Part shown: piece by piece, positions 29,682 through 39,605 of the stretch | How the letters are laid out: the number at the start of each line of letters is the position of its first letter | How positions within the stretch are numbered: position 1 is the first letter of the stretch | Source of the DNA: Dehalococcoidia bacterium | GTDB taxonomy: Bacteria; Chloroflexota; Dehalococcoidia; Bin125 | DNA length: 64,000 nucleotides | NCBI GenBank assembly: GCA_963663895.2 | Contig: CAXXRD010000001.1 | Coordinates: 288,001 to 352,000, forward strand | Reading direction: 5' to 3' | The notes under the pieces: generated by a model | Told to the model about the DNA's origin: nothing | Seen by the model: only the letters and a program-made list of their open reading frames with translations | The model's database searches: none | Translations under genes and position numbers: made by a program

Positions 29682-30913
29682 GCCACTACCCCCGCAGCGA
29701 CCAACTCCGCGACCTGTTCTGCCTCATAGCCCAACTCCTCCTGCAAGACCTCACAGGTATGCTCGCCCAGCTCCGGCGCCACCCGCCGGATCGACGCCGG
29801 GGTCTCGGTCAACGTCACTGGATGGTTGAGGAACGGCAGTGATCCGTAGCGCGGATGGTCCACATCCACGATGTAGGCATTGGCTCGCACGGCCGGGTCC
29901 TCCAATAGATCCCCCACATGCTGCACGCGATCGAAGATCAGATCCGGCTGGGTGAGCAGCTGCCTCTCCCAGGCAGGGCGCGGCTGCGTCGCGAACACCT
30001 CATCCAGGACCCGGACCGCCTCCTCGCAGTGCTGCGCCCGAAGCTCCCGGCTCCGAAACCGGGCATCGTCCTGCAGATGCTGCAGCCCCATCGCCTCGCA
30101 GAACTTCGGCCAGTCCCGCTCGTCATCGGCGATGCTCAGCATGATCCACTCATCGTCCGCGCAGCGATACCAATTGAACATCGGGTTCGGCGCCTTCCGC
30201 CGGTCGAACCGCGGCCATTCGTACATCCCCTTCGCCAGCGCGTTCCCCACCCCCCAGTGCTGCAGCCACAGTGTCGCCATAATATGCGATACCTCCACGC
30301 GCTGCCCCACCCCGTGCTGCTCGCGCGCCGCGAGCGCCGCCAGAATCCCATAGGCCAGCGTCGCTCCACCGGACATGTCCGCCAGGGCCCGGTTGATCCA
30401 CACGGGGGGATCATCGGGAGTCCCCGCCGCCCACATCAGACCACTCCGCGCCGCCCCCACCGGATCGAAGGCCGGACGCTCCGTCTCCTCGCCTTTGAAT
30501 CCATACCCGCACGCCGCCGCGTAGATGATCCGCGGGTTCACCTGCCGCAGCGCCTCGTACCCCACTCCCAGCCGGTCCATCACCCCCGGCCGGTAATTCT
30601 CCAAGAAAATGTCGCCCCCCCGCACGAGCTCCTTGATGATCCGCACCCCTTCCGGTGACTTCAGATCAAGCGCCAGCGACCGCTTGTTGCGGTTCATCGT
30701 CTCGTACGTCACCCCACGACCGTCCGGCATCCGTTGATCCATCCCCCCACCCCACACCAGCGTGCGCGCCCCATCCGGCCTCGTGGGACTCTCGATCTTG
30801 ATCACGTCCGCCCCCAGATCCCCCAGCATCAATCCCGCCAAAGGCCCGAAGCCCCACGTCGAACACTCGATCACACGGATCCCGCCAAGTGGCTGCATCC
30901 CCTCGCTCATCAC
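29678..30913 (-). CDS. Family III (CaiB/BaiF) CoA-transferase, tandem paralog
   Basis: LGDLGADVIKIE, NRNKRS, ENYRPG, APELGEH; ATGA overlap. Confidence 0.93.
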   Translation of the reverse strand: MMSEGMQPLGGIRVIECSTWGFGPLAGLMLGDLGADVIKIESPTRPDGARTLVWGGGMDQRMPDGRGVTYETMNRNKRSLALDLKSPEGVRIIKELVRGGDIFLENYRPGVMDRLGVGYEALRQVNPRIIYAAACGYGFKGEETERPAFDPVGAARSGLMWAAGTPDDPPVWINRALADMSGGATLAYGILAALAAREQHGVGQRVEVSHIMATLWLQHWGVGNALAKGMYEWPRFDRRKAPNPMFNWYRCADDEWIMLSIADDERDWPKFCEAMGLQHLQDDARFRSRELRAQHCEEAVRVLDEVFATQPRPAWERQLLTQPDLIFDRVQHVGDLLEDPAVRANAYIVDVDHPRYGSLPFLNHPVTLTETPASIRRVAPELGEHTCEVLQEELGYEAEQVAELVAAGVVA

Positions 30914-31051
30914 ACGCTCCTCTCACGGCGCTACGGGAGCGGCACCGCAAGCTCGGTCACCAAGCCAACCTTCGTACCGGCCTCCTGCCGCAACGCTAAT
31001 CGCTCAGTCAAGCCACCCGCGCCGAATAACGAAGCGCTCCCTCCGGTGGCC

Positions 31052-32239
31052 TCATCCTTTAGCGAACCGGTCGCCCCGGAACATGCCGATCGCGTGTGCC
31101 GTCGCGTCCGCCGTTGCAAGATCCGCCATGATCTCACCCACCACGCTCGCGAACTTGAAACCGTGTCCGGAAAATCCTGCCGCCACGGCCACCTCCGGAT
31201 GATCGGGATGCTGGTCCAAGATGAAGTGCTCATCGGACGTGTTCGTGAACAGGCATGCCTGCAGGGCTACCGTCTTCCCTGCTCCCGCCGGGAAATACCG
31301 CTCCACGAACGATCGCAGCACCGCCTCGTCCGCCGCTCGCGGCGTCCGATCCACCGTGTCCGGATCGCACGCCTCCTCTAGGTGGTGGTACCGCCCTACC
31401 TTGAACCCAGAGACGCCGTCGGCCTCCGGATACACCGGCAGGCCGTAAAAGTGCCCCTCCGGCACCGTCATGTTGAAAACCGGAAAGTGCGACGGCCGGA
31501 ACCACTCCGGGCGCGACGGCGCGAACCAGCCCAGCACCTGCCGCTCCGGCTGCAGCGATCCCGCCAACGGCTCCACGAGCTTCCCCGCCCAAGCCCCCGC
31601 CGTAATTACCAACCGCTCGGCGCGGTATTCCCCAGCTTCCGTCACGACCCGCACTCCGCTCCCATCTATCTCCCAACCCGCCAGCGCCTCGCCCGTGCGC
31701 ACCGTCGCCCCTAACGACCGTGCCGCCTCCACATAGGCAACGATGCAGCGCTCCGGGTCCAAGAACCCGCCTTGCGGTTGCAGCACGGCCATCGTCTCCG
31801 CCGGCAGCCGGTACGCAGGAAACCGCTCGTTCAGCTCCCTGCTCGACAGCACCGCATGCTCCAGCCGATGAAGCGCGCACGCCTTCCGCGACCCCTCGAA
31901 GATCCGATCGCCCCGTGGCCCCGCGTCGATCGAACCCGTAATTCGCAGTAACGAATTCCCACTCACCTCCTCGAGTTCCCGCCACAGATCGTACGCCCGC
32001 CGCAGGAGCGGCACGTAGGCCGGATCCTCGAAGTACGCCAGCCGGATCACGCGCGAATACCCATGCGAAGAGCCCAGCACATGCGGAATCGCGTATTGCT
32101 CCAGCCCCAGCACCCGTCGCCCTCGACGCGCCAGTTCGTACACGGTCGCGCTGCCCATCCCGCCTACCCCCACCACGATCACGTCGTAGTGACCAGCGCC
32201 TTCCAGACCGCCGTTTGCCGGAGCGACCGCTGCCTGCAT
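31052..32239 (-). CDS. solA: N-methyl-L-tryptophan oxidase / monomeric sarcosine oxidase
   Basis: GVGGMGS, GSSHGYSRVIR, CLFTNT, GFSGHGFKF. Confidence 0.88.
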   Translation of the reverse strand: MQAAVAPANGGLEGAGHYDVIVVGVGGMGSATVYELARRGRRVLGLEQYAIPHVLGSSHGYSRVIRLAYFEDPAYVPLLRRAYDLWRELEEVSGNSLLRITGSIDAGPRGDRIFEGSRKACALHRLEHAVLSSRELNERFPAYRLPAETMAVLQPQGGFLDPERCIVAYVEAARSLGATVRTGEALAGWEIDGSGVRVVTEAGEYRAERLVITAGAWAGKLVEPLAGSLQPERQVLGWFAPSRPEWFRPSHFPVFNMTVPEGHFYGLPVYPEADGVSGFKVGRYHHLEEACDPDTVDRTPRAADEAVLRSFVERYFPAGAGKTVALQACLFTNTSDEHFILDQHPDHPEVAVAAGFSGHGFKFASVVGEIMADLATADATAHAIGMFRGDRFAKG

Positions 32240-32297
32240 ACGCGGATAGTAACCGCGTCTGCGAACCCACCGCCCGCCCCGATACGGAGAGAAGCTC

Positions 32298-33308
32298 TCA
32301 GGCGGGATGGAGCCCCAGCTCGGCCGCCAGCAGCTCGTAGGACCGCAGCCGGGGCGCGAAGTCGTAGGTGATCGTAACGACGACGAACTCGTCGACCTCG
32401 TAACTTGACGACAGCTCCGCCAATCGATCCACGACCTGCGCCGGCGTCCCGTAGATCGACGTACGCTTCAGATACTCCAGATAATCGCGCTCCCGCGCCG
32501 TATAGTCGTACGACAGCGCCTCCTCCACCGACGGCAGCCCCGCCGTGTACATCCCTCGGTTGCTCTGGATCCGCCAACACCAGCGCGTCCACGCCAACCG
32601 CTCCGCCTCTTCCGCCTCCTCTGCGCACAGCACGTGGACTCCCAAGCTCACCGCCGGCTCCTCGCGCGTCGGCGAGGGCTGGAACGCCTCCCGGTAGGCG
32701 CGTACCACCCCCGCGCCTCCATCGGGACTGATGAAATGCGCAAAGGAGAATCCCCACCCGATCTGCGCCGCATAATGCGCGCTCACGTTCGCCGACCCCA
32801 GCAGCCACAGCTCCGGGATCGAGGGACTCGCCGGCACCGCCTGTACCCCGCTATGCCGGTGATCAGCCGGGAACGTATCACACAAGAAGTCCTGGAGATC
32901 CAAAAGCTGCTCCGGGAAATGCTCGATCCCCAGTGCTCCCGGCCCGTGTACCAGAGCGCGCGCCGTCCGCCCGTCCGACCCCGGCGCCCGGCCGATCCCC
33001 AGATCGATCCGGCCCGGGTGGAGCGTCTCAATCGTGCGGAAGGCCTCGGCCACTTTCAGCGGACTGTAATGCTGCAGCATGACTCCGCCAGACCCCACCC
33101 GAATGCGGGAGGTCCGCGCCGCCACCTGGGGAATGAGAATCTCCGGCGCCGCGCACGCCAGCGCGGCCAGATTGTGGTGCTCCGCCAACCAGTAGCGCGA
33201 GTACCCCAGGCGGTCCGCGGCCGCCGCCAGGCGGAACGTCTCCTCGATCGCCTCTTGCGGCGTCCCTCCTTGTCGCACCGGGATCTGGTCCAGCACCCCG
33301 AGTTTCAC
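32298..33308 (-). CDS. LLM class flavin-dependent oxidoreductase
   Basis: YWLAEHH, IRVGSGGVML, GRIDLGIGRAPG. Confidence 0.92.
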   Translation of the reverse strand: MKLGVLDQIPVRQGGTPQEAIEETFRLAAAADRLGYSRYWLAEHHNLAALACAAPEILIPQVAARTSRIRVGSGGVMLQHYSPLKVAEAFRTIETLHPGRIDLGIGRAPGSDGRTARALVHGPGALGIEHFPEQLLDLQDFLCDTFPADHRHSGVQAVPASPSIPELWLLGSANVSAHYAAQIGWGFSFAHFISPDGGAGVVRAYREAFQPSPTREEPAVSLGVHVLCAEEAEEAERLAWTRWCWRIQSNRGMYTAGLPSVEEALSYDYTARERDYLEYLKRTSIYGTPAQVVDRLAELSSSYEVDEFVVVTITYDFAPRLRSYELLAAELGLHPA

Positions 33309-33431
33309 GTACTCGTGCCTCCCGCAGCGGCGCGCAGCCTAGGCACTCCCGCGCCCCGCCGCCAGCGTCCGCCCTTTGCTAGCCTGCCCGCATCTCGAAT
33401 CAACGCACGCCGCAACCGATGGAGGATTCCC

Positions 33432-34211
33432 ATGGCCACCACGCTCGACGACTACGCGAACAAGTACCAGCACATCAAGTTCGAGCGCCGCGACGGCATC
33501 CTCCAAGTCACCTTCCACACGAACGACGGTCCCTTTCAGTGGGGTCTCGTGCCCCATCGTGAGTGCGCCGAAGCCTTCCGCGACATCGCCACCGACCGGG
33601 GCAACAAAGCCGTCATCCTCACTGGGACCGGCGACAGTTTCTCCGGCCCCAAGGGCAACCCCGGCACCCGCCCCAACGTCGAAGCCGCCGAGTGGGACGT
33701 CATCCACTGGGAAGGCCGCGAGCTCCTCTGGAACGAGCTCAGCATCGAGGTTCCCATGATCGCCGCCATCAATGGGCCCGCTTTCCGCCACCCCGAGATC
33801 CCGCTCCTTTGTGACATCGTCCTCGCTGCTACCGACACCAAAGTCCAAGACTCGGGCCACTTCATCAACGGCATGGTCCCCGGCGACGGCGTCCACATCG
33901 TCTTCCCGCTGCTCATGGGCTGGAACCGCGGCCGGTACTTCCTCATCACCGGGCAGGAACTCTCCGTACAAGAAGCGAAGGAAGCCGGCCTCGTCAACGA
34001 GATCCTGCCCCGCGACCAACTCCTGCCCCGCGCCTGGGAGCTCGCCTCCCAAATCGTCACCCAACCACCCCTCACCATTCGCTACGGCCGCCTCCTCGTC
34101 ACCCATTACCTCAAGAGCATGATGCACGACATCCTCGGCTACGGCCTCGCCCTCGAAGGCCTCAGCCTCCTCGACACGCCACGCGACCAGGGTTACAAAA
34201 TGCCCGACTAG
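33432..34211 (+). CDS. Enoyl-CoA hydratase/isomerase (crotonase) family protein
   Basis: VILTGTG, PMIAAINGP, CDIVLA, PGDG; SD GGAGG. Confidence 0.88.
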   Translation: MATTLDDYANKYQHIKFERRDGILQVTFHTNDGPFQWGLVPHRECAEAFRDIATDRGNKAVILTGTGDSFSGPKGNPGTRPNVEAAEWDVIHWEGRELLWNELSIEVPMIAAINGPAFRHPEIPLLCDIVLAATDTKVQDSGHFINGMVPGDGVHIVFPLLMGWNRGRYFLITGQELSVQEAKEAGLVNEILPRDQLLPRAWELASQIVTQPPLTIRYGRLLVTHYLKSMMHDILGYGLALEGLSLLDTPRDQGYKMPD

Positions 34212-34218
34212 GGGATCC

Positions 34219-35256
34219 CTACGGCGCCACGCTGTTCCACTCTCCCGCAGCCGCGATCTCTCCACAGTGCGGCAGCACCTCCGTGCCGAACCACTCCACC
34301 TGCTCCTGCAGCTCCCCCACCGTCCCCGAGGGGGCGTCGAAGATCAGGTTCACCAGCGAATAGCCCGCCGCCGCGAACCCTGCCAGATCGGACAGCACCT
34401 GTGCGGGCGTCCCCGTGCAGTGCGGCCGCACCTTCTTTGCCGCCAGCGGGTGATCGGCGGCCGTCAGGTAGGCCGACGTGACCGTCCACATGTAGAAGCG
34501 GGAGAGGTCCCGGCCCAGCCGCTCCCCCTCCTCCCGGACCGCCTCCTGCGTCGCGTCGAACATCCGCACATCGTCGTAGGGCGCCTGGATCGCCGTGTAC
34601 AGCCCATCGCAGCACTGCACCGCCCGCCGCCCGCCCGCCGGCGTGAGCGCCCCCATCAAGATCGGCGGGCGCGGCTGCCGGACTGGCTTCGGATCCATCG
34701 ACAGCTGGGCAAAGTCGTAATAGCGCCCGTGATACGCAACGTCGTCTTGCGACCACGCCGCCTTGTACACCTCAATGCACTCCAACATCATCGGCACCCG
34801 CTCCGCGAAGGGCACGCCCAGGGCCGCGAATTCCTCCGCGTTCCATCCCGGCCCCACTCCCACCAGCAGCCGCCCGTTCGACAGCACGTCCACGGACGCC
34901 AACTGACGCGCATCGTGCAAGGGATGCCGGTAGGGCGCGATCAGCACTCCCGGCGCCAGCCGGATCCGGCTCGTCTTGGCCGCCACCGCTCCCATCGTCA
35001 CGAGGCCATCCAAAATGTTCACGTCGATCGGGTACGCCCGCCGCGCCGTCGCATCGGGGTTGGTGGGGTGCGCCCCCACCGTCGTCTTCGGCATCGTCAC
35101 GTGATCCCCAAACCACACCGAGTGGTAGCCCAACCGATCCGCCTGCTGCGCCACCTCCACCGGCCGCATCTCCCGCGCCGGCACGTCCTGCCAGAACCAC
35201 GCCTCCTCGTCGCGCAGCCCCACTCCGTGCGTCGGCATGTAGATCCCGATCTGCAT
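34219..35256 (-). CDS. LLM class (probably F420-dependent) oxidoreductase
   Basis: SVWFGDHV, DVLSNGRLLVGVGPGW..EEF, PKPVRQPRPPI. Confidence 0.9.
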   Translation of the reverse strand: MQIGIYMPTHGVGLRDEEAWFWQDVPAREMRPVEVAQQADRLGYHSVWFGDHVTMPKTTVGAHPTNPDATARRAYPIDVNILDGLVTMGAVAAKTSRIRLAPGVLIAPYRHPLHDARQLASVDVLSNGRLLVGVGPGWNAEEFAALGVPFAERVPMMLECIEVYKAAWSQDDVAYHGRYYDFAQLSMDPKPVRQPRPPILMGALTPAGGRRAVQCCDGLYTAIQAPYDDVRMFDATQEAVREEGERLGRDLSRFYMWTVTSAYLTAADHPLAAKKVRPHCTGTPAQVLSDLAGFAAAGYSLVNLIFDAPSGTVGELQEQVEWFGTEVLPHCGEIAAAGEWNSVAP

Positions 35257-35291
35257 CAGGCGGCCGCCTCCGCGATCATCTGCCGCACGTT

Positions 35292-36545
35292 CTAAGCACC
35301 GGCATCCTGGCTGGCTGCGGCCTTCACTTCCGGGATGATGTTCGTATCCAGTTGGTACACGATGCCGTGCATGGTGCGGTGCGGATGGTTGGCGGCGAAC
35401 CCTTTGGCGGCTGCCATCCGGCCCTGCTGTTGGTACCGCTCGGTCAGTTCCTGGCGCTCCTCGTCCGTCCAGCGGCTGCCGAAGTGGGTCCCGGCCTCCG
35501 TCGACTTTCCGCGCCCCGCCAGACGTTTGCGGTCCGACAGCGCCTGCCCGGTCAACTTCCCCTCCGTGGGCGGAGGAACCTTTACGGGGGCGACCTTCTG
35601 GTCCTCGGGGACCTTGGCCTTTGTGGTAGTGGCCCGCCCCTTCGTGGCGGTCCGCCGCGTCGTGCTGTTCTGCTTCCGGCTGGTCATTTTTAAGAAGGCC
35701 GGAACCTCGTAACCGATCATGAACATCGCGGACTGAAGAGCGCGCTGGGGTTCCCGCTCATCGGAGAAGGGCGGTTGCGCAGAGAGGGCGTCCAGCAGCC
35801 ACGCGGCCATGACGTTCGATTGGGCGTAGCCATGAGAATTCCCATCGATCTTTGGGAAGTCGAGCTGCCCGCAGGATGGATTGCGATTCTGGCCTCCGCG
35901 GCCCCGGATGGTGCCGAACGCGAGCAGCGACGGGACTTCCTCGCGCTCGTGTCCGGTCTCCTCGCAGAACAGACGGACGAGCGAGGCGAGCGCGCAGGCG
36001 ACGCGGCTGTCGTAGATTGGGAAGCCGTCGGCCAGCAGCGAGTAGATCTTGCTGAACCCCGAGTTCATCGGCCGGACACCGGAGAGACCGCACAGGTCAG
36101 CCGCATCCGGATCGAGCAGCCGGGCGTTGGTGGTGATCAGGGGCAAGGCCTCATCCCCGAGGGTGCGGAGCTTATCCCTATTCTGCTTGACACCTGCCCT
36201 CCCCCAGCGGACGACCGCGATGGCCGCTTTAAGGAAACGGGTCGCATCGCCACTATCGGCGCTCCGCCGAAGCTGCTGCGAGAGCTCGTCGAGAACCCAA
36301 ACCGTGTCCGCGTAGCACCGGCCACGGCACTCGCCACGGCCCGGCACGTCGACTTTGAACCGCCACTCGTACTCGCTGAACGCATCGAACAGCTTTTCGT
36401 AGCTCCACGGACCCCACTTTCGACCGTCCCAGCGACGCGGGATGTACCAGTGATGTGGGAGAGAGCGCTTGCCTGTAGCCAGCGGCGCCGCCCAGTCGAG
36501 GAAGTCGCAAACGTGGGGATCGTCCAGGTACGCGGCTCGCTTCAT
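35292..36545 (-). CDS. Hypothetical protein, HhH/OGG-fold-like core plus C-terminal Myb-like segment
   Basis: VVRWG, MNSGFSKIYSLL...FPIYDSRV, LQSAMFMIGY; TATACT 7 nt before the ATG supports the start. Confidence 0.7.
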   Translation of the reverse strand: MKRAAYLDDPHVCDFLDWAAPLATGKRSLPHHWYIPRRWDGRKWGPWSYEKLFDAFSEYEWRFKVDVPGRGECRGRCYADTVWVLDELSQQLRRSADSGDATRFLKAAIAVVRWGRAGVKQNRDKLRTLGDEALPLITTNARLLDPDAADLCGLSGVRPMNSGFSKIYSLLADGFPIYDSRVACALASLVRLFCEETGHEREEVPSLLAFGTIRGRGGQNRNPSCGQLDFPKIDGNSHGYAQSNVMAAWLLDALSAQPPFSDEREPQRALQSAMFMIGYEVPAFLKMTSRKQNSTTRRTATKGRATTTKAKVPEDQKVAPVKVPPPTEGKLTGQALSDRKRLAGRGKSTEAGTHFGSRWTDEERQELTERYQQQGRMAAAKGFAANHPHRTMHGIVYQLDTNIIPEVKAAASQDAGA

Positions 36546-36872
36546 CGCCGGCAGTATAGGCCCCAGGGAGAGCCGTCCCTGCCCCGGCCTGCGACCCAGT
36601 GAGGGAACGGATGAGGGGAATGCGCTGCCGGAGGCGCTCGCCGCAGCGCGCGGTGTACCCACCAGGGGGCAGGGTAAGAGCAGCTTGGCGAGGCTAGCGT
36701 GGCGCAGCTTGCCGTCGTCCGCACGGCCCGGCTCAACCTGCGCCAGTAGAACGGACGCCTAAGTCACCGTCCAGACCAGCGATGCCATCCCCCGACCTGC
36801 TAGATTCCTGTGCGAGCTTCGCGTCCGGAAAGTGCGCAGGCAGACGCGGGCCGCACCATCGAAAGGAAAGGC

Positions 36873-37700
36873 ATGGCCGTCGCCCACCGACTCAAAGACA
36901 AGGTCGCCGTCGTTACCGGCGCCGCCAGCGGCCTCGGCAAAGCCACCGCCATCCGCTTCGCCGAAGAAGGCGCCGACATCGCCGTCGCCGACATCAACGC
37001 AGAGCGCGCCGCCGAAACCGTCCGCGCCGTCGAAGCGCTCGGGCGTCGCGCCTTCTACCAAGAGACCGACACCGCGCAAGAAGACGCCTGCGAAGCCCTC
37101 GCTCAGACCACGGTCGATCGTTTCGGCCGGCTCGACATCGTCTTCACCGCCGCCGGTCTCGCCCACGCCCACTACGTCAGCCGCGAGGGACACGAAGAAG
37201 CTCCCATCCCCTGGCCCGAGGTCTGGGAGATGGGCTTCCTCGTCAACAAGCCCCTCAAGGATTGGGAGCGCGTTCTCAGCGTCAACCTCACCGGCGTCAT
37301 GCTCACCAGCCGCGCCTGCGCCCGGCGCATGATCGCGTGCGGCAACGGCGGCTCTATCGTGCACGTCTCCTCCGTCGGCGCCACCTTGCCGTTCAAAGGG
37401 ATCGCCGATTACGCCGTCAGCAAGGCCGGCGTCTGGATGCTGACGAAGGTCCTCGCCCAAGAGCTCGCCCAGCACGAGATCCGCGTCAACGCAGTCGGTC
37501 CGGGCTTTATCGAAACCCCCATGAACGCCGCCGTTCGCTCCTCCGAGGTCGGCGCCAACTGGATGCTCGACATGATGGCGATCCGGCGCTTTGGGCAGCC
37601 CGCCGACATCGCCAACGCCGCCCTCTTCCTCGCCAGCGACGAATCGGCCTATGTCACCGGCGAGATCCTCTACGTCGACGCCGGCATCTTCACCGGTTGA
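36873..37700 (+). CDS. SDR family oxidoreductase
   Basis: TGAASGLG, YAVSK, VNAVGPG, VTG. Confidence 0.93.
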   Translation: MAVAHRLKDKVAVVTGAASGLGKATAIRFAEEGADIAVADINAERAAETVRAVEALGRRAFYQETDTAQEDACEALAQTTVDRFGRLDIVFTAAGLAHAHYVSREGHEEAPIPWPEVWEMGFLVNKPLKDWERVLSVNLTGVMLTSRACARRMIACGNGGSIVHVSSVGATLPFKGIADYAVSKAGVWMLTKVLAQELAQHEIRVNAVGPGFIETPMNAAVRSSEVGANWMLDMMAIRRFGQPADIANAALFLASDESAYVTGEILYVDAGIFTG

Positions 37701-37710
37701 GGCCCGCCCC

Positions 37711-38919
37711 ATGACCACCACTCCCCCCATCCAGGGCGTCACCGACCAACGCTTCGCCGCCGTCCGCGACGCCTTCGCCCACAACTTCACCGCCCTCCCG
37801 GAAGTCGGCGCCGCCCTCGCCGTCACCGTTGATGGCGCCCCCGTCGTCGACCTCTGGGGCGGTTACCTCGCTCCCGGCCAGCCCGCCCCTTGGCAGCGCG
37901 ACACCCTCGTCAACCTCTACTCCACGAGCAAGGGGATCGGCGCTCTCTGCGCCCACATCCTCGTCGAACGCGGCCAGCTCGATCTCGACGCGCCCGTTGC
38001 CTCTTATTGGCCGGAGTTCGCCCAGCAGGGCAAGGGCACGATCCCCGTGCGCTGGCTGCTCAGCCACCGCGCCGGTCTCCCCGCCGTCGAGTCCGACCTT
38101 CCCCGCGAAGCCGCGTACGACTGGCACACTATGACCACCGCCCTTGCTGCCCAAAAGCCCTGGTGGGAGCCCGGCACGGCTCACGGCTACCACGCCCTCA
38201 CCTACAGCTGGCTCATCGGTGAGGTCGTGAAGCGCGTCGCCGGCAAGAGCATCGGCGCCTTCTTCCGTGATGAAGTCGCGCAACCCCTGGCCCTAGACGC
38301 CCACATCGGGCTCGGCCCCGCCTTCGACTCCCGAATCGCCGACATCATCCCCGCGCCTCCACCCTCGCCCGGCGAGTTCGACCGCCTCGCCGCAGTCTTC
38401 GAAGACTCCACCTCCATGCCCTACAAAGCCTTCAATAATCCGCCCCTCAGCCGGCGCGCCGCCAACACCCGGGAGTGGCGCGCCGCCGAACTCGTCGCCG
38501 CCAACGCCCACGCCAACGCTTGGTCGCTCGCCCGCATGTACGCAGTCCTCGCCAACGGCGGCGCACTTCCCGCCAGCGAGGAGCACTCAGCCGTCCGTCT
38601 CCTCAGCGCAGCCGCCATTGATGCCGCGCGCGCCGAACAATCCCGCGGGGACGACATGGTCCTCCATCTTGAAAGCCGCTTCGGCCTTGGCTTCATGCTG
38701 CCCGCCGGTATGCGCTATTTCTCCGACAACCCCCGTGCCTTCGGGCACTCCGGCATGGGCGGCTCCCTCGCCTTCGCGGACCCCGAAGCCCGTCTCAGCG
38801 TCGCCTACGTCATGAACCAGTTGCTCACCGGCGTCGACGGCGGCGACCGTCGTTGGTGGGGCCTCCTCAGCGCGATCTACGAGGCCCTCGGCTCCACCTT
38901 CACGCCCCCCGCCGCTTGA
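37711..38919 (+). CDS. Serine hydrolase (beta-lactamase-like esterase)
   Basis: STSK, LLSHRAG, GYHALT, FGHSG. Confidence 0.92.
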   Translation: MTTTPPIQGVTDQRFAAVRDAFAHNFTALPEVGAALAVTVDGAPVVDLWGGYLAPGQPAPWQRDTLVNLYSTSKGIGALCAHILVERGQLDLDAPVASYWPEFAQQGKGTIPVRWLLSHRAGLPAVESDLPREAAYDWHTMTTALAAQKPWWEPGTAHGYHALTYSWLIGEVVKRVAGKSIGAFFRDEVAQPLALDAHIGLGPAFDSRIADIIPAPPPSPGEFDRLAAVFEDSTSMPYKAFNNPPLSRRAANTREWRAAELVAANAHANAWSLARMYAVLANGGALPASEEHSAVRLLSAAAIDAARAEQSRGDDMVLHLESRFGLGFMLPAGMRYFSDNPRAFGHSGMGGSLAFADPEARLSVAYVMNQLLTGVDGGDRRWWGLLSAIYEALGSTFTPPAA

Positions 38920-38971
38920 GGCCACCACAGCACCCCCGTATCATCGCTGCACGATCAGGGAAGGAGCGCCC

Positions 38972-39550
38972 ATGCGCGGAATGCTCAAATCGCTCGGCCG
39001 CGGCGCCGTCGTCTTCGGGCGCAAGCCCGTCACCATCCATTACCCCGACGAAAAGCGCCGTCTCCCCACCCGGGCCCGCACCTTCCCCTACCTGATCTGG
39101 AACCACGACCTCGACGAGCCCAACTGCACCGGCTGCGGCAAGTGCGCCAAGGCCTGTCCCGTCGACTGCATGACCACCACCCTCAAGAAAAACTCCGCGT
39201 TCGCCGACGGCCGCAGCAACCACAAATCCGTCATCGACGACTTCTACATCGACTTCGGCCGCTGCATGCGTTGCAACATCTGCGTCGAGGTCTGCCCCTT
39301 TGACGCCATCGCCATGCTCCCCATCTGGGAGGGCCACGAGCAATCCAAGTTCGACCGCCGCGAACTCGTCATGGATTTGGACGATCTCCTCGCGCCCTCC
39401 CGTGCCGAACCCGACATGCCCTTCTGGATTCCAGAAACCGTGCTCCAGCTCACCCAAAAGGAGCGCACTGGCCGCGCCGATTTCACCAAGCAACTCAAGG
39501 CAACGACGGCGACCGACGCTCCCACCGAGGTCGGCGCCGGCACCGGCTAA
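38972..39550 (+). CDS. nuoI: NADH-quinone oxidoreductase subunit I-like 2[4Fe-4S] protein
   Basis: VTIHYP, CTGCGKCAKACP, IDFGRCMRCNICVEVCP. Confidence 0.8.
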   Translation: MRGMLKSLGRGAVVFGRKPVTIHYPDEKRRLPTRARTFPYLIWNHDLDEPNCTGCGKCAKACPVDCMTTTLKKNSAFADGRSNHKSVIDDFYIDFGRCMRCNICVEVCPFDAIAMLPIWEGHEQSKFDRRELVMDLDDLLAPSRAEPDMPFWIPETVLQLTQKERTGRADFTKQLKATTATDAPTEVGAGTG

Positions 39551-39605
39551 CCTTCCACACGATCACCTACCACTCGACACCCGCCTGCGATCGGACCGAA
39601 CGGGA

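Noticed and set aside
30931-31233. ORF overlapping the solA 3' end as a frameshift extension
   Set aside because: SolA ends normally (FRGDRF) at 31052 and the extra peptide has no recognisable motif.
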